64,000 nt of DNA from Longimicrobiales bacterium. Its GTDB lineage: Bacteria; Gemmatimonadota; Gemmatimonadetes; Longimicrobiales; Gaopeijiaceae. Positions 29,986 to 41,029 of this stretch are shown in pieces. The DNA is taken from contig CBDDCX010000006.1 of assembly GCA_965226375.1 (NCBI GenBank), positions 64,001 to 128,000 on the forward strand. The letters are read 5' to 3'. The position numbers were made by a program, and so were the translations under genes. Numbering within the stretch: the first letter of the stretch is position 1; each line of letters starts with the position of its first letter. Below the pieces are notes generated by a model, which was not told the DNA's origin, ran no database searches, and worked only from the letters and a program-made list of their open reading frames with translations.

Positions 29986-32900
29986 TCAAGGCAGAACCGC
30001 CTGATCACAGGCCAATCTGTACACCGTATCGGACATCCAGCGCTTGAAGTCGCGGTTGTCTCGAAACTGCTTGAACAACTCCATGTCGTCCTTCATCAGC
30101 GCTGTCATGACTCGTTGTAGAGCCTTGCCGTGCTCGATGCGCACGTTTTGCTCGTCGGAGTTCGTCCGGGCGTTCTTGAAGGCGGTGTCGTCCGCTACCC
30201 GCGACGGAATGGTCTCGGTAATGAGTCTCCTTACGCGGTCGCCGTCCTGCCAGTCGATATCGCCGAATAGGTGGTTGAAGTCCTTGAGGATGTTCGAGAG
30301 CCAGTCCAGCTCAGGATCGGGCCAGTGGCCTCCATCGCCGGTCCCGGCTGGGTCGATCTCACCGTCTTCATCCGATATGACGATCTTCTGCACCGCCAGC
30401 CTCTCGACCCGGTAACTGTCCATGTCGATCGCGTCGAGGATCCCCTTGGAGAGGTCATCTTCCACGGGCGCTGGCAGCTTCGGGACCAGGAAATTCAGGA
30501 AGATCGAGCGCTTCTCCCAGCCGGCGTTCGTGAACGGCAGGATGCAGGAGAGAAAGGCGTATGTGCGCACGAACGCCTTGGCCTTGCCCTTGAAGTCCAC
30601 CTGCCGGTCCTCATCCAGCTCCTGAAGATAGACGGCGACGCAGGCGTCGAGGATCGGGTCGAGCTCGTCGCGATCGGCGTCGCCGAGGTAGCGCTGCACG
30701 AAGTCGTGCGGTAGTAGTCGGTGAATGCGTAACGGATCGTCTCGGCATCGTTCAGGAAATCGAGCACGAAAACATCGTGCTTCTTTGGATGCGCGCGATT
30801 AAGGCGAGACAGTGTCTGCACCGCCTTGATTCCGGAAAGCGTCTTGTCCACGTACATCGTGTGGAGCAGCGGTTCGTCGTAGCCGGTCTGGAACTTGTCC
30901 GCGCAGATCAGGAACCGGTAGGGATCTTCCCGGAATTTGGCGGCGGTCTGGCCGTCCGGGAAGCCATTCAGTGATGTCTCGGTAACATTCACGCCACCAT
31001 ATTCGCGTTCGCCGGAGAAGGCCACGATGGCGTGGTACGGGCTCTTCCGCTCCTGCAGGTAGTCGCGGATGGCGTGGAAGTACTGGATCGCACGCTGAAC
31101 GCCGTTGGTGACCACCATCGCGCGCGCCTGGCCCCCGATCTTGTGCTGGGCGAGGACCTGCTCGTGGAAGTGGTCGACCATGATCTCGGCCTTGAGACGG
31201 AGCGCGTGCTCGTGGCCCTCGACGAAGCGGCGCAGCTTCTTCTTCGCCTTCGTGGCGTCGAACTCCGGGTCGTCCTCTATGGTCTTGGCGAGCCGGTAGT
31301 AGCTCTTGACCGGCGTGTAGTGCGCCAGCACGTCCAGGATGAACCCCTCCTGGATTGCCTGCTTCATCGTGTAGCTGTGGAACGCGTAGTGCCGGACCGA
31401 GCCATCGGGCTGCGGGTCCGGCTGGCCGAAGATCTCGAGTGTCTTGTTCTTGGGCGTCGCCGTGAAGGCGAAGTAGCTGGCGTTGGGCAGCAGCTTCCTC
31501 GACTCCATTAGGCGGTTGATCCGATCCTCGAAGGTCTCTTCCTCGACCTCTTGGCCAGTCTCGGAGAGCACCTGCGACATGGCCGCGCTGGTGCGACCGC
31601 CCTGGCTCGAGTGGGCCTCGTCAATGATGATCGCGAAGCGCCGTCTGCGTTGCTCGCTTCCGATCTCGTCCAGGATGAAGGGGAACTTCTGGACCGTCGA
31701 GATGATGATCTTCTTGCCGGACTCCAAGAACCTGCGAAGGTCGCCCGACCGGTTCGCGTGGCCCACCGTTGCGCTGACCTGCGCGTACTGCCGGATCGTG
31801 TCACGGATCTGCCGGTCGAGTATGCGCCGATCCGTGACCACAATGATCGAGTCGAAGAGCGGTACGCCATCCTTCATGAGTCCGACCAGCTGGTGGGCGA
31901 GCCAGGCGATGGAGTAGCTCTTGCCGCTGCCGGCCGAGTGCTGGATCAGGTAGCGTTCGCCCACACCATTACCTGGGGCATCGGCTAGCAACCGGCGCAC
32001 GGCATCGATCTGGTGGTAGCGCGGCCAGATCTGCTTACGCTTCTTTCGGCCGGTCTTCTCGTCCTTCTCCTCCACGACCTGGGCGTAGTTCTCCAAGATG
32101 TTCGTCAGGCTCTCTCGGGTCAGTACCTCGCGCCACAGGTAGTCGGTCTTAATCCCGTTCGGGTTCGGCGGATTGCCCGCGCCGTCGTTCCAACCCCGGT
32201 TGAACGGCAGGAACCAGGACTTCTTGCCAGCGAGATGTGTACAGAAGCGCACCTCGTTGTCGTCCACAGCGAAGTGGGCCACGCAGCGGCCGAGCTCGAA
32301 CAGCTTCTCGCGCGGATTGCGGTCCCTCTTGTATTGCTCCTCCGCATCGCCCACCGTCTGCTTCGTGAGGCGGTTCTTGAGCTCGAAGGTGAGAACCGGC
32401 AGGCCGTTGATGAAGAGCACGATGTCGAGTGAGCGCTGGGTCTCGTCTCGGCTGTAGCGGAGCTGCCGGACGGCGGTGAACCGGTTCTGCTCGAAGCGTT
32501 CGCGCGCCTGCGGGTTCGCGGCCGAGGGCGTGCCGTAGAACAGAGCTAGGTCGTGCGCGTCGTGCCTGGCGCCATGACGGAGCACCTCGATGGTGCCGCG
32601 CTTGGAGATCTCGCCCTGCAGCCGGGCGAGGAACTTGCGCTGCGTCGGACCGTCCGCGTCCAGAGCCAGTGCTTCGGCCGCCTCCGACTGGGTATTCTGT
32701 AGGAAGGCTGCAAGCTGAACCCGGTCGACACAGAACTCGCGGTCGTAGTCATGAGGACTGCCGCAGCTCCAGCCCACGCCGCCGTAGCCGGGATGAGCCG
32801 CGCCCTCTGTACCGTTCCCCCCTGGGTCGCACGGATCGCCAGTGAGCGCCGTGCAAATCAGCCGTTCAAGGCCACGCTCGGATGTATCTGTGATCGCCAT
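29986..32900 (-). pseudogene. hsdR: Type I restriction subunit R with internal deletion and frameshift near 30702
   Basis: FELKN, QHSAGSGKS, IIIDEAHSSQ, FAFTATPK, FQTGYDEP, VQTLSRLNR; C-terminus is in another frame (ORF 29986..30699). Confidence 0.9.
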
Positions 32901-32912
32901 AGACGCTCGCCG

Positions 32913-33230
32913 TCAGATCGGCACCTCCGTGTACTCTCCCGGTTCCATCCGATCGACAGCGGCCCGAATGTCGGCAACACGGCGTTGGATGCGCGGCCAT
33001 GACGCGGCCAGCAATACCACAATCGCTAGCCGTCTCCCAGATAGGTTCTGTTGATGACGGAGATGCTGGTCCGTCGTTACCAGCAGCTGGTACCCATCCT
33101 CCTCCGCCCGGTCGAGCAACGCACCGTTGTCCAGGCCCGACCAGCCGCGTCCGAAAACAGTATCCACGTCATGCCCGGCCAGATCCCTGCCCAGCGGCGC
33201 CGGCACCCCTTGATCGAACAGTATTCTCAA
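32913..33230 (-). CDS. DUF5615/VapC45-like PIN toxin
   Basis: MRILFDQGVP, GWSGLDNGALL, LVTTDQHLRHQQNL. Confidence 0.85.
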   Translation of the reverse strand: MRILFDQGVPAPLGRDLAGHDVDTVFGRGWSGLDNGALLDRAEEDGYQLLVTTDQHLRHQQNLSGRRLAIVVLLAASWPRIQRRVADIRAAVDRMEPGEYTEVPI

Positions 33231-33451
33231 GCCACCGAGTCCTTGAGATTCCGGGTCTCGTGGTCGAGAACGCTCTCGACCTGCCGACGCTCCACGCCGG
33301 GAAACCAGCTTAGGAACTGGTCGATCGTGGCACCGTCCCGGAGGTTCTCAAAGAGTGAAGCCACGGGCACTCGCGTGCCCCGAAACACCCAGGTTCCGCT
33401 AACTCTTGCCGGATCCCGCTCCACAGCGGGACACGTTTTCCAGCCACTCAT
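33227..33451 (-). CDS. DUF433 antitoxin
   Basis: SGTWVFRGTRVPVASLFENLRDGATIDQFLSWFPGV. Confidence 0.9.
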   Translation of the reverse strand: MSGWKTCPAVERDPARVSGTWVFRGTRVPVASLFENLRDGATIDQFLSWFPGVERRQVESVLDHETRNLKDSVA

Positions 33452-34983
33452 CGGGCCACCTCCTTCACGGTCTCGAGTTCCTCAAGAACCGAATCCATGT
33501 CAGTATCGACCGGATCGTCCACGTCGTCTCCGGCCAACGGATCCACCTTCGGCAGGGCAGCCGCAGCATCGCGCACGTCGAGCTTGCCGGTGACGACGTC
33601 GGCGACCAGGCGAGTGCGATACTCCTTGAGAAAATGGATTTGACGCTCCAGCTGACATACCTCCTGATCGATAGTGACTACGTTGCTATCGTTGAAATCA
33701 GCGATCAGAACTTGTTCTTCTTGTGGAGGACGAGGTGTTGGCATCCTCTTGAAGTCCTCCCAGTATAGCCGGTTACGATCTTTGACGATGCCGCGGGGGT
33801 ACTTGTCAATCTCGGTCATATACGCGCTCGTGCGAAAAAGAGCGTTAAAGTACTGTGGATTCGTGCCTACTAGTGGCTTTGCAACAACATACGCAGGGCT
33901 GACTAATCCATCCACTGGAGTTACTCCGACTGCTCCCTGCCACATTCGCATCATATTGTAAGCGATGTCCCCCTCGACGGCCCGCTTGTACTTGTTACGA
34001 TCTGACATGACTTGCTTTCGGTCTGGATCTTCCAAGTCTCGCACACGAATACCTGTCCTTAAAGAAATCTCAAGCAAGCCAAAATCGGCAGTTCAGCGAA
34101 TCCGACTTCATTGCGCTGAACAAAGAGCCGAGTCCCATTTCGAACCACATCCCAATGCTCCGGCACTTGTCCCAGCCACTCGACTCCAGCCTCCACGCCC
34201 CCGACATATCCGAGTAGCCTTGTAGGCCCGGTAGCACACAAACCCTTCCGGCCAGCGCAGACCCTCCACGTACTCCAGGCATGCCGGCTGGCCGGTGCGG
34301 ACATCGACCTGGCCCGTGACGGCTTGGTGGATGATGGCCTGCTTCTGCTCCTCCAGAAGCGCGATCAACTTCTCCTTGGCTCGGATGTAGCGCTGTATCC
34401 TGCGGTCGACGTAATCAAGGAAGCGAACTATGGCGGTCTGTTCGGGCAAGGGTGGAAGAGGTAACCAAACGGACTGGATGGCCGCGTGCGAGAGCCCATA
34501 CCTAGTCACACCGTTGGCTTGAACATGAAACTGACACCCAATGCTTCTACTTTGGAGTGCACGTAATAGGTATCCTCCATTCAGGCAGGTGCCCAACGGG
34601 CGGAGCAGGGCCAGGTGATAGCCGCTGACCAGATCATCAGCAGATTCAACCACAAGTGCTGGGACTCCGATGTCATCCCAAGCTTCGGAGTCCTTTGTTA
34701 TGAGAACGTCGCCAGGGGTCAAGCGGAATCGTGCGATCTCGTCTGCGGTCGCGGTTGCTCGCATGAATAGCATGCTGGGACTTATGTGATCGTTCTTGTA
34801 GACATCCACATAATTGCACAGGCGAACGGGATACTCACCCTCCTTGGTGTGCTTATCGATGTTGCTGATACGCATTTCGGCAACGTTCTTGAGCCGCTGT
34901 ATTTCCCAATGTTCTGGCACCTCTCCTAGCCACTCCAGTCCGGAATCCTTCCTAGCAGGATAGGGCTTCAGAACATGGGTCAT
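33448..34983 (-). pseudogene. hsdS: Type I restriction specificity subunit, frameshifted near 34070-34290
   Basis: KDSGLEWLGEVPEHW, PPLPEQTAIVRFLD, LLEEQKQAIIHQAVTG, LKEYRTRLVADVVTGKLDVR; IS1595 slivers inserted. Confidence 0.88.
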
Positions 34984-36270
34984 GCGCCGGTCTCCCCATC
35001 ACCCATTTGTTTCTCGAACGCCTGGCGCACGAGGCCCATCACATAGGACAGCTCATCTACCTCGGTCATGTCCACCTCTGCATCCCCATTGCCCCAGCGG
35101 CCGATGCCGGTGACGTCCTTGGCGAACCCCCTCGGGTCATTGAGCTCGTGGAAGGGGAGGTTCAGACTAAGGCGTAGACAGCTCTTTTGCGGTACCACGT
35201 CGACGAAGTTGGTCTCCGCCTTGTAGGCGACGTAGAGCTTGAGGACCTCCTCGGTGACGCAAGGATCGAGGGCCACGACCTCCTTTCGGAACGCATCGAA
35301 GAGCGATCGCATGGGACTGCCGTCGGCGAGGTTCGGGTGGTCAGCGAGGGTGTAACTAGCCGGGCGCTCTGTCTTCTGCCGATACGTTTCCAATACCTCA
35401 GCAGGCAACTCGGGCTGCGCCCACACTTTCGTAGCCTGCTCGGCAAGCCGCGTCGCGCGGGTTTGGATCGCGGCTTCGTCCCAGGTCGCGAGAGACCTCA
35501 GATCCTCGTTCAACCGCAGCGGGCTCTGCCGGAAGCCGCCCGACATGTCGCGCTTCTCGGCGAAGGGCCGATCGCTATATTCTGCGTTGTAGCCGGTTAG
35601 CGTCAGGTTACCAAGCGTGTGCAACCAAGTCGCTTGCACCCGTTGCCACTCCGAGCCGAGTGCGTTCCGCCATTTCGCGGAGAGGTTTTCGTTCTGCGGC
35701 ATGATGTGCTCGATGGTGTACTCGTCTACGTGCACTCGCTCCTTGCGGCCGTGGTTCTCGAGACGACGTAGCCAGTAGCTGCGACGCGGAAAATTATAGA
35801 GGTCTCGAATTTTGAGCTCACGCTTGAATTCCTCATCGTCCGGGAACCGACGGTAGGAGCGTATAGTCAGCAAGTGCGCCTCGATGCTCTCAAGGTAGCG
35901 ATCCTTCCTGACGAAGCGTCCGAAGGTGGCAAACGTCTTGTTCAGGGAGTTGGTAGGAATACCGCACACCGCTCGTCGAAATACGTACGCCTCGACGAGC
36001 CGCACAGCACCAGCGAGGTCATCCTTGTCTAGAGGGCCCTCGACGTAATCGTGATACAGCTCGAGTAAGAACGGGAAGGCCACGTCAACCTTGAGATCAC
36101 GCAGGTCGCGAAAAGCCAACGCCAACTGTTTGTCGGGCTCCTGGTCAAGCGCCATCGCGCAGTAGTGGCGGGCGTAAGCGTGGACCTCGGCAACAAGGGC
36201 CTCTACGCCGGCCGCCGCCACCTCCGGGGAGTTAGCGTGCGCCTTGAACGCTTCGTAGACGGCCCGGATC
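34980..36270 (-). pseudogene. GmrSD-like DUF262/DUF1524 HNH protein with DUF5655 C-terminus, 5'-truncated by IS3
   Basis: TIEHIMPQN, LGNLTLTGYNAEYSDRPF, KLYVAYKAETNFVDVVPQ, GRWGNGD. Confidence 0.8.
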
Positions 36271-36309
36271 GGAACCTGTCAACGACAATGGGACACTCTA
36301 CGGGATTAA

Positions 36310-37317
36310 TTAGAGAGCAATGTCCTGTGTGGTGAGGGAAGGGATGGGAGGATTGATGAAGACGGCCTCCGGGAGCGGTTTGGGCTTCGGCACACCTCTG
36401 ACGAAGCGTTCGGGATGAGCGGCCCATGCTTCGCGGAGCACGGATTTCCTGCCGGCAATGACCTGATCGGCGTTCCCGAAGTGGACCTGCTCGGGGGTTA
36501 GCATCGAGATGCCGCCATGGCGGTGCTCGGCATTGTACCAGCGGAAGAACGATCGACAGAACGTCTTGGCTTGGCCCTGATCCCCGAACCGTCCGGGAAA
36601 CGAGGGATGGTACTTCAAGGTTTTGAACTGAGCCTCGGAAAACGGGTTGTCATCCGACACCTGAGGCCGGCTCAACGAGCGGGTCACGCCGAGGTCAGCG
36701 AGAAGTTGAGCGGTGCATTGGCTCGTCATTGGAGCTCCCCGATCCGAGTGCAGGGTCAGGACCCGGGGCTGGACGCCATGCTTCAGGCAGCTCTGCTGGA
36801 TCAACCGGCCGGCCAGGGCCGAGTTCTCCCGGTCCGCCACCATCCAGCCCACGACGTAGCGGCTGTAGATGTCCATGATGACGTAGAGGTAGTAATAGCT
36901 CCACTTCTTCGGCCCGAGCAGCCGCGTGATATCCCAGGACCACACCTGGTTCGGCGCCGTGGCCATCAACTCGGGCTTCTTGTACTCGGGATGGGTGCGC
37001 TGCGCCCGGCGTTCCTGAACCGGCACCTCGGAGGCCAGAACACGATACATCGTGCGTTCGCTGCACAGGTAGACCTCTTCGTCGAGCAGCGTGGCCACCA
37101 CCTCGGCGGGTGAGCGGTCCACGAACCGCTCCGAACACAGCGTGTCGAAGACCTCGCCTCGTTCCGTCTCGCTCAATGCCCGGGCGGGCGTCGGGCGGGG
37201 CTGCTGTTGCCCGGTTGATGGGCCTCGACGACGGTACAACGTCGATCGGGAGACCTCGAGGGCCGCGCACGCCGGTTTTACACCGACGTGCTTAGCCAGC
37301 TCATCGGCCGCCTTCAA
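36310..37317 (-). CDS. IS3 family DDE transposase OrfB
   Basis: PNQVWSWDIT, DIYSRYVVGW, LHSDRG, DNPFSEAQFKTLK. Confidence 0.93.
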   Translation of the reverse strand: MKAADELAKHVGVKPACAALEVSRSTLYRRRGPSTGQQQPRPTPARALSETERGEVFDTLCSERFVDRSPAEVVATLLDEEVYLCSERTMYRVLASEVPVQERRAQRTHPEYKKPELMATAPNQVWSWDITRLLGPKKWSYYYLYVIMDIYSRYVVGWMVADRENSALAGRLIQQSCLKHGVQPRVLTLHSDRGAPMTSQCTAQLLADLGVTRSLSRPQVSDDNPFSEAQFKTLKYHPSFPGRFGDQGQAKTFCRSFFRWYNAEHRHGGISMLTPEQVHFGNADQVIAGRKSVLREAWAAHPERFVRGVPKPKPLPEAVFINPPIPSLTTQDIAL

Positions 37318-37763
37318 GAGTTTGTCCCGTCGTCGAGGCTTATCCCCAGCAGCCCCGCAACTTTTCCCTGCACGTCGATGATCAGGTGTGCCTTCCTGAG
37401 CTCATTCCCGAGCCGTGCGTTTCGCCGCTCCAGCTTGCGTACCTTCTCATCCAGCGGATTTCGCTCCGGCTTGCGGCCGCGTTTCTTCGACAGGGCCTTC
37501 AGCGACCCGCTATGCGCCGCCTTGCGCCACGTCGTCAGGTGCGACGAGTACAGGCCCTCTCGCCGCAGGACTTGACCCACCTCGCCGGGCTCGGTGCACC
37601 GGTCCGCTTCTTCGACGATCCGCAGCTTGTACGACGGACTGAACCGCCGCCGTAGCGGCCTATCTACTACCTCCGGGTCCGCAGGAGCTGCCGCGCTTCG
37701 CTTGGCCTCCCCGGTTCCAGGGGCACTACCATTCTCTGCCATTCTCTCTCGCAGTCCCAACAT
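37314..37763 (-). CDS. IS3 family transposase OrfA
   Basis: Same protein sequence as 26681..27130. Confidence 0.9.
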   Translation of the reverse strand: MLGLRERMAENGSAPGTGEAKRSAAAPADPEVVDRPLRRRFSPSYKLRIVEEADRCTEPGEVGQVLRREGLYSSHLTTWRKAAHSGSLKALSKKRGRKPERNPLDEKVRKLERRNARLGNELRKAHLIIDVQGKVAGLLGISLDDGTNS

Positions 37764-37836
37764 GTTCGTTTTCTCTGCCTTCGCCCTACTCTAATTCTTT
37801 GCGTGCTCCGTGTCTCACGTACGTTGGCAGAGAGGG

Positions 37837-38989
37837 AGGAGATGTTCCCGACTCGAACTCTGTTGACTGCCAAGCAAGAAGTCGGTCTGGTCAACGCCAT
37901 CGATGGGGCGGTCGGCCGGAACGTCCGCGCCCACAATGCGAGCGAACGTAGGGAAGAAGTCCATCGTCGAGAACATCTCGTTTGACGTGCCCGGATCGAT
38001 CCTACCGGGCCAGCGGATCATCCCGATCGTGCGAATCGAGCCTTCTGTCGGGTCCCCAAGCTCTCCGCGCCATGGTCCCGCAGACCCTGCGTCTGGCCAG
38101 ACCCCTGTCCGCATAGGTCCGTTGTCGCTCATGAACACCACGATAGTGTTGTCCTGGATCCCAGCAGCCTCAATGGCATCAAGGACGCGACCTGTGTTGT
38201 AGTCCAACTCCATGAGTGAGTCGCCGTAGCGACCGATGCGGGATGCTCCCTCGAACTCGGTCGATGTATAGTTCGGGTAGTGGGGTCGCGTCCACGCGAC
38301 GAAGAGAAAGAACGGATCGGGGGAGGCAGCGTGCTCCTGTATGTAAGCCACCGACATGTCCGCGATTTCAACGTCGATTGTGCGCCGCGTGTCGAAATCG
38401 TAAGGCTTTACGTTCTCGACCTCACCGCCCGCCCTTGAATGATCTGAGGTTCGAGAAACCCGGCCGGAAGCGGAGCCTTGTTTTCTGTGCTCGTTGGGAT
38501 ATAGAGCGTTTCATCTGTCGTATTCGGGATTCCCCAGAACTCGTCGAATCCCTGGCTGTGAGGGAGACTGGAATTCTGGACTCCCAAGTGCCACTTGCCG
38601 TAATACGCGGAGGAGTAACCGACGCTCTTCATGATTTCGCCTAAGGTGATTTCCTCGGGCTGGAGTGTGTTCGGCGTCCCCGGTATCAGCACCAAGGATA
38701 GCCCGGACCGAATCGAGTAGCGTCCGGTCATCGTTGCGGTGCGGGACGGAGTGCAGCCCGGTTCAACGAGGAATTGTGTGAGGCGAAGCCCCTCGGCAGC
38801 GAGTTGATCGATCCGGGGTGTGGGGGCCCCGCGCAACTCTCCTCCACCATAGATGCCGACATCCCCGTAGCCGAGGTTGTCTGCCATCATGAAGACGATG
38901 TTCGGCCTGCTGCCGTTCTGCGCTTGCAGATTATCGAGCGGGATTAGAAGTAAGCCGACAGTAAGGCATCCGAGCGCGACAGAGCGCAT
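37837..38989 (-). pseudogene. Arylsulfatase, frameshifted near 38428 and 3'-truncated by IS3
   Basis: PNIVFMMADNLGYGD, CTPSR, GKWHLG, second frame SDNGP, EGSIR, DFFPT, IDGVDQ. Confidence 0.85.
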
Positions 38990-39436
38990 CACATGGCCTC
39001 CATTCCTAGAGTGAGTTCTGTAGATCATGGGGCGCGTGTGATGACGAGGAAATTGGACTATGGTCCCATAGCATGCGACCGCTCTTGGTGCGCGCACTTA
39101 ATCGCCTGCCCCTTGAGGCACCAACAAGTTCGCCCTTGCTCGGTGCCTGGGCGGGACCACGGTTAGGCCGGATCCGACTCCGTCGCCCGACCGGACAAGA
39201 GAAAGGCGGCCTTTCCGAAGCCGCCCAGCCAGAACCTCCCAGTCGCCTGTCGTGGGTGACAAAAGGTGACTTTTCCGGCCGAGTAGATGACCACGCCCCT
39301 GCATCCCGTTTGCATCCCGCAGACCGGCTAAGAACGGTTTTACAGGACGCCTCCTGACCGGCTTAGAACGGTCGAAACGTCCAGCTTCTAAGCGAGCGAG
39401 GAGGCCCGAAGGGCCCCCGCAGCTCAATCTTGTCGT

Positions 39437-39862
39437 TTACGCACCTGTTGACCCGAGCTCCGCACTTATCCGAGCGATGATCTCGGTCGTGGAAATCCCG
39501 GGCGTGTAGCCCACCGTGCGGTAAATGCCCATCTCGATCGGAATCTTGTAACAGAGCTCTTCCATCTCACTGGGAAAGTCATCTCCGTGCACGATCAGGT
39601 CGATTTCGTACTGTTCGATCCAGGCACGGTCGATCGTGAGTGGTGCGTTCGATGCTACTTCGTCGACGTAGCGACAGCCCTCGACCGAAGCCACGCGCTC
39701 CTCCATGGTGAGTATCGGGCGGCTCCTCTTGTAACTCATCACCGTTTCATCGGCGTGAACGCCCACCAAAAGGTAGTCACCGTGTCTTCTGGCCTGTCTG
39801 AGGAAATTCACGTGACCGTAATGGAACAGATCAGCCACCATATCGACGTAAACGCGTGTGAT
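39437..39862 (-). CDS. Cytidylyltransferase (TagD/ECT-like)
   Basis: RVYVDMVADLFHYGH (HxGH), VHGDD, YTPGISTT; probable start is ATC at 39862 after AGGAG. Confidence 0.85.
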   Translation of the reverse strand: MTRVYVDMVADLFHYGHVNFLRQARRHGDYLLVGVHADETVMSYKRSRPILTMEERVASVEGCRYVDEVASNAPLTIDRAWIEQYEIDLIVHGDDFPSEMEELCYKIPIEMGIYRTVGYTPGISTTEIIARISAELGSTGA

Positions 39863-39910
39863 GTCAGGTTCTCCTGGGCTAGGTCTATGGATTACTGATC
39901 TAAGGCCTGG

Positions 39911-40801
39911 TCAGACCTGTTCGGCAATGAGGGCGTGTGCTCTCCCCGAGAGACTCTGAGGGTCCGGTTTGTAGACGTAGTTCACACCAGGCGCGAGGTA
40001 CTCAACATAGAGGATCTCCTTGTGATCTCCATGTTGGACAGAGACCACGTATCCGGCCTCGCCCGGGAGGCTGAAGTAGACATAGCCATCTGCATTGGTG
40101 CTTGACCTATCCAGCCCTGTCAGGACAGTCGTGGCGGCCAACGCAACCTGGGCCCCCTCGACCGGACGACCCTCGAGATCGAGGACCTTCAGACTGCCGG
40201 TGTGCCGTTGAGGTTCGAGTTTGCTAGCCAGGCCCATGATCCCATCGGAGGTGGTGGGAAGAGTGGCTTCGGCCATCAGGACTTCCTGTTCGAACCCGCC
40301 CGCTCTTTTTGGAATCATCCATTCCGGACCGTACTTGAGCCTGAGGTATTCCTCGGGCGGATTCGGCACCAAGAATTTCTCGCCGAGGAAATCGATCTCT
40401 TTCAGGTCCGTGTGCAGACTTGCTGGGATTCGAACGACCGGCCACTGGTAAATGCTGTCGTCTATGATTCGATAGCAGCTCCAGTCCATCGGCGTGCCAA
40501 ACTTCTTGAGATCAACGCTCAGATGAAGTTCGGTATCTGTGATTCGTGCGTCGAACCCGTGCTCCTTGAACACGTCCGCTGCACTACGTACCAGTTCCTC
40601 GGTAAGACCGTGCAGGCCGATCACCGAACCGATGTCCAGGTCATCGTCCCATTCGATGAAGGCGCTATCCCTCACAGCGCCCAAACATGTACCATGGCGC
40701 AAAAAGAAGACCAGTCCGAGTCGATCCAGGATCTGTTGCGCTTCTTTCAGCAGCGCTTCGGCGGTGCTCATGTCCATCGGTTTGAGAACTGAGGGTTGCA
40801 T
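39911..40801 (-). CDS. LicD family nucleotidyl/phosphotransferase with C-terminal beta-sandwich
   Basis: GTCLGAVRDSAFIEWDDDLDIG, VPNPPEEYLRLKYGPEWMIP. Confidence 0.85.
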   Translation of the reverse strand: MQPSVLKPMDMSTAEALLKEAQQILDRLGLVFFLRHGTCLGAVRDSAFIEWDDDLDIGSVIGLHGLTEELVRSAADVFKEHGFDARITDTELHLSVDLKKFGTPMDWSCYRIIDDSIYQWPVVRIPASLHTDLKEIDFLGEKFLVPNPPEEYLRLKYGPEWMIPKRAGGFEQEVLMAEATLPTTSDGIMGLASKLEPQRHTGSLKVLDLEGRPVEGAQVALAATTVLTGLDRSSTNADGYVYFSLPGEAGYVVSVQHGDHKEILYVEYLAPGVNYVYKPDPQSLSGRAHALIAEQV

Positions 40802-41029
40802 GGTTGTGGATAAGCTCGTGTGTGGGGCCGATAAGGGTGGCCTCGCGCGACACAGACGAAGACTACGATAGGTCGCCGTCCGGATGCCGGCACACCTACG
40901 TTACAGCAATAGGCATACAGCACAAAGCCGGGGAGTCCATTCCCAGGACTCACCGAGGGAGAGACGCTGAGGGAGCGGATCGACCGCGAGAGACAACTAC
41001 CCGCCGATTCGGGCGTACTAGTGGCGATC

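Larger units (their letters stand above)
36277..37829 (-). mobile_element. IS3-family element copy 2, complete, no TSD
   Basis: IRs TGTCAACGACAATGGGACA and TGCCAACGTACGTGAGACA; orfA 37314..37763, orfB 36310..37317. Confidence 0.95.

Noticed and set aside
28535..34983. hsdS phase-variation shufflon driven by the tyrosine recombinase
   Set aside because: Only one hsdS, and no silent TRDs or inverted repeats were seen.
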